Source: Acaryochloris thomasi RCC1774 (lineage in GTDB: Bacteria > Cyanobacteriota > Cyanobacteriia > Thermosynechococcales > Thermosynechococcaceae). Taken from it: DNA of 32,000 nt. Shown piece after piece: positions 8,558 through 16,267 of the stretch. Where the stretch lies: positions 183,314 through 215,313 of the forward strand of contig NZ_PQWO01000009.1 in the NCBI RefSeq assembly GCF_003231495.1, written 5' to 3'. Numbering within the stretch: position 1 is the first letter of the stretch; every line of letters begins with the position of its first letter. The translations under genes were made by a program, and so were the position numbers. The notes below the pieces were generated by a model. That model was not told where the DNA came from. It saw nothing but the letters and a program-made list of their open reading frames with translations, and did no database searches.

Positions 8558-10105
8558 CTAGAGCCTTTGGCTTTTGATGTGCTCAGCCACTCTTAGGGTT
8601 TGGGCAATGATGGTGAGTGTAGGATTAACAGCACCTGCAGAGACAAAAAAGCTGCCATCTGTGACAAAGACATTATCTAGTTCATGGGGTTTACAGTAAG
8701 GATCCAAGACAGACTGACTCGCATCTGTTCCCATTTTCATCGTGCCCATCGTGTGTCCGAGTGGGACGCCCACCATGCTGCCTAAGTACAAATCAACATT
8801 GTGAGTGCCGGGGTGACAACCAATGCAGTCCAGGAAGTCAGTGAGTCGTTTTTTGAGCTGAGTCGCAGGTTCTACATTATTGGCTTGGTAGTCAAAGACC
8901 ACCTGACCTGAGCTGTCGTAAGAGATCCCGTTTTCGATTCGGGGCAAATCTTCACTTTGGAGCCAAAAGTCTAAAGAGTGGGACGCCATTTCGGCATGGG
9001 TCATCCCATTTAGGGGTTCTGGAGACTCTAATTTCATTAGGGCTTCGTTAAAGTTACCCAGCATTTGAATCAGGCCCATTGGATATTTAAATTCGTCATC
9101 CCCCCAGTAGTAATCGGCCAGGGCTAGCGTTTTTTCAAAGGTGGCATCATTGGGTGTTTTGCTAATGGCGATCAACGTCGCGTTGTTGTGTCCCATAAAG
9201 TTGCGCCCCACTAGGCCCGTGGCGTTGGCGAGACCGTTGGGGTGTTTGGGATGTTGCGATCGCAAAAACAAAAGTGCCGACCCCAAAGCTCCCGCCGCCA
9301 CAATCACTAGGTCTGCCTTATATTCAATCGTTTCCCCCGCCTCAGTTTTCACCACCACTGTCTCCACCTTTCGACCAGAGGCATCGACTTCAAGACGCTC
9401 CACAGGGCTATTGGTTTTCAGAGTCACGTTGTCGTGCTGCAGCGCAGGGCGAATCCCGACAATGTGAGAGTCTGCCTTGATCTCATAGGGATCAGGGTAG
9501 CCATCAAATTGCGGCCATAAATCTAAGCTACTGGTGGCTCCATCTTCTCCGTCATGGCCCATTCGCATTCCCATCGGAATGGGGAACGGATGCAGTCCCT
9601 TGTTCGCTAAATCATCATTGAGTCGCTGAATGCGAGGCTCATGCTGCAGCGGTTCATAGGGATAGGGAGAACTGCGCTTCGGTTCAGTGGGATCGGCTCC
9701 GTCTTCACCGTGAACGTAATACCATTTTTCACTGATCGCGTAGTAAGGCTCTAGATCTGTGTAGGAGATGGGCCAAGCTGGGGAAATGCCGTCATGGTGT
9801 TCAACTTCTTCAAAGTCTTTTTCCCGCAGACGGAAGAGGGCTGATCCGTAGAACTTGGTATTGCCGCCCACGTAGTAGTGGGGGTGGCTAGGGCGGAAGG
9901 GTTCCCCCTCGTGATACCAGGTAACGTCGGGAGTGTATCGCTTTTCCACCCAGTTCACATGAGGGTCAAAGTTGTCCATCTCACGAGGGATAAAACCTCC
10001 TTTTTCTAGAATTAAAATACTTTTTCCGGTAGGAGCTAGCGCTCTAGCCATTGTGCCGCCGCCTGCGCCCGTGCCAATGATGATGATGTCGTATTGGTTA
10101 TCCAT
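8558..10105 (-). CDS. GMC-family FAD-dependent oxidoreductase
   Basis: 515-aa ORF. It has an N-terminal dinucleotide fold (YDIIIIGTGAGGGTMA) and a C-terminal GMC signature region (HTMGTMKMGTD...VLDPYCKPHELDNVFVTDGSFFVSAGAVNPTLTI). Confidence 0.85.
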   Translation of the reverse strand: MDNQYDIIIIGTGAGGGTMARALAPTGKSILILEKGGFIPREMDNFDPHVNWVEKRYTPDVTWYHEGEPFRPSHPHYYVGGNTKFYGSALFRLREKDFEEVEHHDGISPAWPISYTDLEPYYAISEKWYYVHGEDGADPTEPKRSSPYPYEPLQHEPRIQRLNDDLANKGLHPFPIPMGMRMGHDGEDGATSSLDLWPQFDGYPDPYEIKADSHIVGIRPALQHDNVTLKTNSPVERLEVDASGRKVETVVVKTEAGETIEYKADLVIVAAGALGSALLFLRSQHPKHPNGLANATGLVGRNFMGHNNATLIAISKTPNDATFEKTLALADYYWGDDEFKYPMGLIQMLGNFNEALMKLESPEPLNGMTHAEMASHSLDFWLQSEDLPRIENGISYDSSGQVVFDYQANNVEPATQLKKRLTDFLDCIGCHPGTHNVDLYLGSMVGVPLGHTMGTMKMGTDASQSVLDPYCKPHELDNVFVTDGSFFVSAGAVNPTLTIIAQTLRVAEHIKSQRL

Positions 10106-10123
10106 TGCGTGTTTTCTAATTGT

Positions 10124-10870
10124 TTAGTGATCTCGAGCCGTCAGGGGAATGCGATAGCGATCTCCGAAAGGAGGCAGATAATCAAGCTGCAGCGTTTTCC
10201 AGGCATAGGCTCCTGCAGGAATACCGATATCCGCCAGAGTGAGTTCTCCTGTTCTCTCAGGCAAAAGACCTGTTTTCGGTAGGGCCAGCGTCATCGTCCC
10301 CTGGGCATGAATAAAGGCTCCCGGCGTGTCTCCAGTCGTAGAATCAACCCCAGAAGGGATATCAAGCGATAAAATGGACGCATCTAAACGATTGGCCCAC
10401 TCAATTAAATCTAAAGCATTACCTCGGGGAGCCGCTCGGAGACTGTAGCCAATCAAGGCATCAAGAATTAGATCGATCGGTTCATCAGTCGCGAGAAGAT
10501 CCTCAATGGCAATCTCTTGACCATTTGTGGCTTGAAAAATCCGTCGCTGCCAAGCAGGAACTTCTTTGAGCCGCTCAACGGAGGATAGACACAGCTTTAC
10601 GTTGGCTCCTCGGTTGGCTAAATGTCTGGCGGCACAAATGCCACCGCCCCCATTGCCACCGCTTCCAGCCAAGACAATGATGTTGGCCTGCTGCCACTGG
10701 CCGTTGAGAGTTGAGATCGCCTGCAGCGCTAAATTGCGTCCTGCATTTTCCATCATCTGAAATAGATTGGGGCCAGTCTCCTCTGTTGCCACACGGTCGA
10801 CTTCAATCATTTGCTCCGCCGTCACCGAAGGTATTTCCAGGCCCGTATCTGTAAAGAATTTCAGTTCCAT
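10124..10870 (-). CDS. YjeF-N-terminal-domain protein (NAD(P)H-hydrate epimerase-like)
   Basis: 248-aa ORF. LMENAG-like MMENAGRNLA, then VLAGSGGNGGGGICAARHLANRGANV, corresponding to the GxGNNGGDG loop of YjeF_N. The loop Asp is not conserved. Confidence 0.7.
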   Translation of the reverse strand: MELKFFTDTGLEIPSVTAEQMIEVDRVATEETGPNLFQMMENAGRNLALQAISTLNGQWQQANIIVLAGSGGNGGGGICAARHLANRGANVKLCLSSVERLKEVPAWQRRIFQATNGQEIAIEDLLATDEPIDLILDALIGYSLRAAPRGNALDLIEWANRLDASILSLDIPSGVDSTTGDTPGAFIHAQGTMTLALPKTGLLPERTGELTLADIGIPAGAYAWKTLQLDYLPPFGDRYRIPLTARDH

Positions 10871-10926
10871 TACTCAGAATATGTGCCGTTTTTTCAATCG
10901 TTACCACTTGTGACAGCAGAACTAGC

Positions 10927-11340
10927 TTAGTAATTTACAGTAGGGTAAACCACTGTCAGATCATCATTTTCCCAATGAGTATCGGCATTGGCTTTACGAG
11001 TTTGCCCCTCCGCCTCCCATTGAGGTTTCGTGTCGCCTAGCCGACCGTTATAAAAAAGGTACAGCTTGTCATTTTCGACAATGTAACTCTTGGGATCAAC
11101 GGGAAAGGTTTTGCCTTCTGAAACCGCTACAGCACAAAAACCACCGTACTGCGGGGCATATTGCGAAGGTGCAGCATCAAATGTTGTCTTATTAGCTTGG
11201 CTACTGAAGTAGTAAATTGCACCGTTATGCGTTGAGGAGATTTCGGTGCTTCCCTCAACGGGTTGATTCTCGAAGTAAGAAACAGGGTCATATCCTTGAA
11301 TTGCAACCCCTGTTTCATTGAGATTTTGCAAGTGTGCCAT
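10927..11340 (-). CDS. YHS-domain protein
   Basis: 137-aa ORF. GYDPVSYF...YAPQYGGFCAVAV...KLYLFYN is the characteristic pattern of YHS-domain proteins. Confidence 0.75.
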   Translation of the reverse strand: MAHLQNLNETGVAIQGYDPVSYFENQPVEGSTEISSTHNGAIYYFSSQANKTTFDAAPSQYAPQYGGFCAVAVSEGKTFPVDPKSYIVENDKLYLFYNGRLGDTKPQWEAEGQTRKANADTHWENDDLTVVYPTVNY

Positions 11341-11454
11341 AAGTAGTACCCTTTCGATGACTAGTGCTAATTGAGCTGAATTTTGTGCACAGATACCATG
11401 CCTCTAGAGCATATTGAGCTAAAGAAGAGGATTACAGAGTATCGATGTATTGAG

Positions 11455-11850
11455 CTAAAATTTAGCCTCGGCTAAAGGAACACCAAATTTCTCACACCAA
11501 ATTGTGAGTTCATCGTAGTTGCCTACATCTAGAGTTGCAGGCAAACGATAAATTTGCTTGCCGCTGTCAAGGTTAAGTCCTGAGAACGTACTAGCACTCG
11601 CAAACGAATCATTGTTTGAAAAGCCCAGGCGAGGGTCAGGGGCGCCATCAAATGAGAAGTCCTCGCCCAATATTAGATAGTAGATATCACCTTGTTTGAC
11701 AATCTCAACTTTGCCGCTGACGGTATGATCGTTTTCCCCAGTGAAACTGGAGGATTGAATCAAACTTGCTCCTTCCAAGACATCAGCCGCTTGAATAACG
11801 GTTGGCGAGAAAGCAAGGATTGTACCGGCTAAAAGTAATGATTTAAGCAT
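11455..11850 (-). CDS. Secreted DM13-domain protein
   Basis: 131-aa ORF with a signal peptide (MLKSLLLAGTILAFSPTVIQA/AD). The DM13-like core is HTVSGKVEIVKQGDIYYLILGEDFSFDGAPDPRLGF. Confidence 0.7.
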   Translation of the reverse strand: MLKSLLLAGTILAFSPTVIQAADVLEGASLIQSSSFTGENDHTVSGKVEIVKQGDIYYLILGEDFSFDGAPDPRLGFSNNDSFASASTFSGLNLDSGKQIYRLPATLDVGNYDELTIWCEKFGVPLAEAKF

Positions 11851-12618
11851 ATCTAAATTTTCCTCTCTCTATGGAGTTTTGGATTGCATTTTTTGAAAAA
11901 CGATATCTTGCACTAGTGGTGTAGTTATCGTGATGGAGTTTTACTTTCTCAGCTACTAATGGCTTAAAGAAAGTCAGCGCATCTTTGTGGTTGCCAGCAT
12001 GAGGTACCTGCAATTCATACATGCAATAACAGCATTATCTATACAGAAGATTAGAAAATTAATTTAATCTGAGCTTGAGGTGAAGAATTCTTAGGATTTA
12101 TTTATGAGTGGGATGTACAAATGATGATTCTTAGTTAGTCTCTTGATTTATTGGCCACTCATCGAGGAGTATTGAGTGGCTACAGTAGCACGAGGGAGCA
12201 TGTCGCCTTTTTGAGAGGAAAATGTCTCTTATACTCATGCTGCGGCGGATTTTGTGGTCTTGACGGGTATCAAAGTCAGCTCAGAAACGTAGCAACGTTT
12301 GGTTCATCGACAAATCTTCGGTCCATCGCCTGAGGAGAAAGAGGTCACACAGCTTAGATGGCGGCAATATTCGTCTCCTTACTCCCAGGGGGCGACCGTG
12401 CCAGTAGCGCAGTTACAAGGCCATTTGGAAACGGTGATGGGGTTGGCCTTGCTGACTATCGAGACAAGGTCAGATTCATACAGAACAAGTCAAGGGTGTG
12501 AAGAAAGCAGATGCCATAGGACAGCTCTCTTTTTTCAATGAACTCTTCGGAGGGGCGGCTTAGGACCTAAACTGGTCAGGGGATTCTTCCACCTAGACGG
12601 ATGATTTGCGACACAGCC

Positions 12619-15600
12619 CTAATTCTCAATCAACCGTTTTTGATAGTCTTGGACCGTCAGTTTCTGCTCAATATCGGCTCTGACCCGAACGACGCGCTTA
12701 TGAATCTTGCTCAGGCGATGGACAAAGCGAGTTTTCACGTCAGGATTGAGCTTCCTATTAGTGTAAACAGGTGTTCCATTTTTGAGATGAACATCAACGC
12801 CTCTGTTCGTCTGTTGAAAAATAAACACTTCGCCTTCAAATCGTCCGTTTTTACCCAGTATATTGATCACATCTTTCAGCGCAGGATCGAGAGTGTTGGA
12901 ATCAACTGATGGCACGGTTTTCTCAGGCTTCTCTCGGGCGATCGCACCTAATTCTCTGCCCATTTCGAAGGTCATCTTGGCTGCGATGCGAGTAAAGACA
13001 AATGAGATCGCAACTACTGTCCCTCCAATATCAAGAACCTGTTCAGCAACCTGCTTCGCAACGGGTGCTTTTTCTTTAGTCCAGCGCCTGATCTTGACCT
13101 CTTGCTGAGCCTCCCACGCTTTGATATCGTGCTGCTTAATAGCCTCAGACAACGCAGCCAATTCCTGACGTGCTCGTTCAGCCGTCTTCTCCGCCGCACT
13201 GACTTCAGACTGTATTGTCTCGATCTGAGTGCGGATCAGACTGCTCTTCTTCTGCTCCAAATTTGTTTGCGCTTCTGGAGAATCGAGTTCTTCAGACACA
13301 GCGAGAGCAGGAGCAACGGTCGTTCTTTCAGGCGCAGCAACAACTGCAGAGGCCTGGGAAATATAGTTCTGCAAAACAGTCTGTGGCTTAAGACCATTCT
13401 TGAATTGGACCCACAGATTCGTCGGATCATTTTGATCGGACAACTGTGAATCTTCTGTACTTAAGTCACTTTCAAGATCTAGATTTTCGTGAGCGATGGC
13501 AGATTCCTTTCTTTGTTGCTCCTTCTCAGAGACGATTTCAGTCCTAGACTCTGCATCTGATGCCCTCGGTTCTACCGCAAGAGAATCTGTGGCCGTGAAA
13601 GTCCCCCAGAATTTGAAGCCGTTGAGTTGTGTAGGCTTCTGCACTTGTACTAGGAGCTGTGGATTGGATGGGGCATACCGGAACGCTGGATACTCTTGAC
13701 ATAGCTCTCTAACTTGTTGCGCTGCCGACGCATCGCAAAGCAGCGGCAATGGCTCTTTAGACGTCGTTAGCACCACGTCTTTTAAGTTTATATATCGCTT
13801 AGGCACATTCGGCTGACTATCATCATCGAAAAAGTCCGCTGGCTCTGACGGTTTCTGATCGAAGCTGCGATAGGTCTGCAACGCTGCCCGGATCTGCTCT
13901 ACTGTTACTCCTTGCACATAAGCAGTCAGGCTTGCGGCTAAGGCAGAGGCAATGGCAGCCGGCGAACAGCCACGGACTGTCAGCGGCAGATGTGCAACTT
14001 TTTCAATCCGCTTTACTTCGTCTTGCTGCAGAATCGAGAGGTAGCCCTGTTCATAGACGGCAGCGATTCCACCCTGCTGGAGATGAGATCGCAACACCAA
14101 ATTCTCAGGATCCATCGAGAAGTAGGCAACCTGGCCCTGAACCTGCTCCGCCATCGTGACAACCCGCTCGTCATCAGCATTCAGCACAGCATAGCCATCT
14201 GCATGGACAGCGCCAGAAATCACAGATAGCGCTCTCGCCCTGTGGTCAAGCGTACAGGGACTTTGATCCGATGGCACATTCAGGACCACCCCCACATCAC
14301 AGTGCGAGAAGCCTAGCCCCGATCGCAAAATGCTGCTGTGGGAAGTCTCCAAAACAGCCATATCCACCGTCGGATCTTGCAAAATTATCTGAGCGCTTTG
14401 AGCGTCGGTCGCACGGCCCTTTTTGACAGGATACTGACCAATAAAAGCACCATCTGCCGTTGTATAGCCCACAGAGTCCTTCACTTGACCTAAGATATGC
14501 GAGATCAGAGGCGTAGGCGTTTCTGAGCCCCCCGTTTCTGCCACCGCCACCACCGGAATCTGAGTCGGCGCGCCGGCTGGGAACAGCATGTCGAGAATTG
14601 GAGCTGCAACATTTCGGGCCACACCTTCGCTGGGGGCCATATGCATGCGCAGCCCAGGAGCCGCATTGACCTCCACAATCACGCCATCCACGTCTTTTAA
14701 CGGCTGGGTAATATCGGTCGTAATCACATCTATGCCAACAATATCGAGATCGATGATCCGTGAAGCCCGCTCTGCCAGCCACAGCGTATCTGGATGGATC
14801 TCATCAGTCCGGTCAATTGCAGTCCCGCCCGTACTCAGATTGGCATTTGCCCGCAGGTAGCAAATTTGGTCCGGCTGTAAAACGGTATCAAGGGTAAACC
14901 CTTGACGGCTCAGCATTTCATCGGTAGCGTTATCGAGCTTTATTTTAGTGAGCGGCGTATCGTGGCCTTCGCCCCGACGAGCATCTTTATTCTCTAGTTC
15001 AACCAAGTCAAAAATTGTGCTTTGGCCATTACCAACGATATGGGCAGGGACCCGCTCGGCTACCGCGACAACCTTGTGATTAACAACTAAAATTCGATGA
15101 TCTCGGCCCTGATAGAAATGCTCAACAATCACGCCATCAGAGATATCCTTAGCTCGGTCATAGGCAAACTCTGCCTGCCGCCAAGAGCGAATATCAATTG
15201 TGATCCCGCGACCTTGGTTCCCGTCTAGAGGCTTAACCACAATGGGATAGCCGCCCAGGTCATCAATGGCCTCTTCTAGATCGCGAAAGGCATAAATGAC
15301 CTTCCCTAATGGAACGGGAGCGCCCATGCTCGTCAAAATTTCTTTGGTTCTTTCCTTATCACAGGCCAGCTCCACACCCAGAACGTTGCTGTGAGATGTT
15401 AGCGCTGCCTGAATCCGCTTCTGATGCTTGCCGGAACCAAACTGAAACAGATCACAGGTCTCTAGGTGTGTCCAGGGAATGCCTCGGTTTTCTGCTTCTT
15501 GAATCAATGCCTCAGTACTTGCTCCCTGAGCGGCTTCACTCCGTAAATTTCTCAGATCATCTAGATCTATTTGTAGTTCAGATTTGGGATAAACGCCCTT

Positions 15601-16014
15601 ATCAAGGATACTTTGGCATAAACGCAGCGCAGCTCGGGTTGCATAGCGTCCGGCGTCTTCATTTTGGTACTCAATGGCAACCTGATAAGCGTCAGGAGAA
15701 GCTGTCTCGCAAGTACAGCCAAACGCCACTGGCATATCGGCCAATACCTGAAGTTCTAAAGCGACGTGCTTCAAAATATGCCCCATCATGGAGCCTTGTA
15801 GTTCCTGATCTAGAGATGCTCCTCGATATTCTGGGGCATAAAGTTTTTGTTTCAGGCTGGGTAAAGTCTGCGTGAGACCATCCAAAAAGCCTGGAAGAGT
15901 ATTAGAGGGACCATCGGAAACATCCTCCAAATCCAGCAGCACAACGATGAGCTTTGAGCAGCTAACGCTCCAATAGTTTGGACCTCGAAGCGTCTGAGTT
16001 TGAAGGATTTTCAT
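12619..16014 (-). CDS. Cyanophycin synthetase paralog: N and ATP-grasp domains retained, Mur-ligase-like M domain catalytically degenerate and truncated, fused to a ~410-aa uncharacterised C-terminal tail
   Basis: Start set at MKILQTQTLRGPNYWS (ATG 16014), the same N-terminus as cphA at 25484; the track ORF extends 39 codons further upstream. It is collinear with CphA to about residue 720. The P-loop reads VAETGGSETPTPL instead of VTGTNGKTTTTRL. Sequence after ...ALQTYRSFDQKP is unrelated to CphA. Confidence 0.85.
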   Translation of the reverse strand: MKILQTQTLRGPNYWSVSCSKLIVVLLDLEDVSDGPSNTLPGFLDGLTQTLPSLKQKLYAPEYRGASLDQELQGSMMGHILKHVALELQVLADMPVAFGCTCETASPDAYQVAIEYQNEDAGRYATRAALRLCQSILDKGVYPKSELQIDLDDLRNLRSEAAQGASTEALIQEAENRGIPWTHLETCDLFQFGSGKHQKRIQAALTSHSNVLGVELACDKERTKEILTSMGAPVPLGKVIYAFRDLEEAIDDLGGYPIVVKPLDGNQGRGITIDIRSWRQAEFAYDRAKDISDGVIVEHFYQGRDHRILVVNHKVVAVAERVPAHIVGNGQSTIFDLVELENKDARRGEGHDTPLTKIKLDNATDEMLSRQGFTLDTVLQPDQICYLRANANLSTGGTAIDRTDEIHPDTLWLAERASRIIDLDIVGIDVITTDITQPLKDVDGVIVEVNAAPGLRMHMAPSEGVARNVAAPILDMLFPAGAPTQIPVVAVAETGGSETPTPLISHILGQVKDSVGYTTADGAFIGQYPVKKGRATDAQSAQIILQDPTVDMAVLETSHSSILRSGLGFSHCDVGVVLNVPSDQSPCTLDHRARALSVISGAVHADGYAVLNADDERVVTMAEQVQGQVAYFSMDPENLVLRSHLQQGGIAAVYEQGYLSILQQDEVKRIEKVAHLPLTVRGCSPAAIASALAASLTAYVQGVTVEQIRAALQTYRSFDQKPSEPADFFDDDSQPNVPKRYINLKDVVLTTSKEPLPLLCDASAAQQVRELCQEYPAFRYAPSNPQLLVQVQKPTQLNGFKFWGTFTATDSLAVEPRASDAESRTEIVSEKEQQRKESAIAHENLDLESDLSTEDSQLSDQNDPTNLWVQFKNGLKPQTVLQNYISQASAVVAAPERTTVAPALAVSEELDSPEAQTNLEQKKSSLIRTQIETIQSEVSAAEKTAERARQELAALSEAIKQHDIKAWEAQQEVKIRRWTKEKAPVAKQVAEQVLDIGGTVVAISFVFTRIAAKMTFEMGRELGAIAREKPEKTVPSVDSNTLDPALKDVINILGKNGRFEGEVFIFQQTNRGVDVHLKNGTPVYTNRKLNPDVKTRFVHRLSKIHKRVVRVRADIEQKLTVQDYQKRLIEN

Positions 16015-16144
16015 AGTGATAGATGAGTTTCTAATGATGCTACATAGGCCGTTCAAGCCTGGGCTTTGATAAACCGACAGGACTTCAATATAGGCTGAAA
16101 GATTTGAACCCTGAAGTTCACCGGGATACAAAACTCAACAATTA

Positions 16145-16160
16145 TGTCGTTTTTATGACA
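16145..16160 (-). promoter_or_regulatory. Dyad-symmetric box TGTC-N8-GACA (CRP/NtcA-family geometry) upstream of the cphA paralog
   Basis: The plus strand reads TGTCGTTTTTATGACA. The GT-N10-AC core (16146-16159) starts 132 nt from the ATG at 16014. This is the same offset as the GTA-N8-TAC box upstream of cphA. Confidence 0.35.
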
Positions 16161-16267
16161 TCTTTATGAGTGATTGCTGCTGTTTGCGATCGCAAATGAG
16201 ACTAACCCTGAACGAAGCGAACAAAACCGGGAAAGGCTCCAAACTCATTTCAGATCAGTGAAGCTAT

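Noticed and set aside
11851-12618. 770-bp gene-free gap with track ORFs 12151-12333 and 12299-12541. I considered an RNA gene (RNase P RNA, tmRNA, 6S) or a gene relic.
   Set aside because: I found no match to the conserved RNase P or tmRNA blocks I know, and no protein motif in any frame. Only a short 8-bp dyad (GCCACTCA...TGAGTGGC, 12154-12180) is present. I left it as promoter/terminator spacer; a covariance-model scan would settle it.
13014-15875. Alternate-frame ORFs inside the cphA paralog (for example 13102-13449, 14297-14782, 14588-14860, 15309-15875). The same kind occur inside cphA, putA, the GMC gene and the ThDP gene.
   Set aside because: They are fully nested in much longer ORFs with clear homology. 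They have low-complexity, Arg/Ser/Pro-rich translations and are shadow frames.
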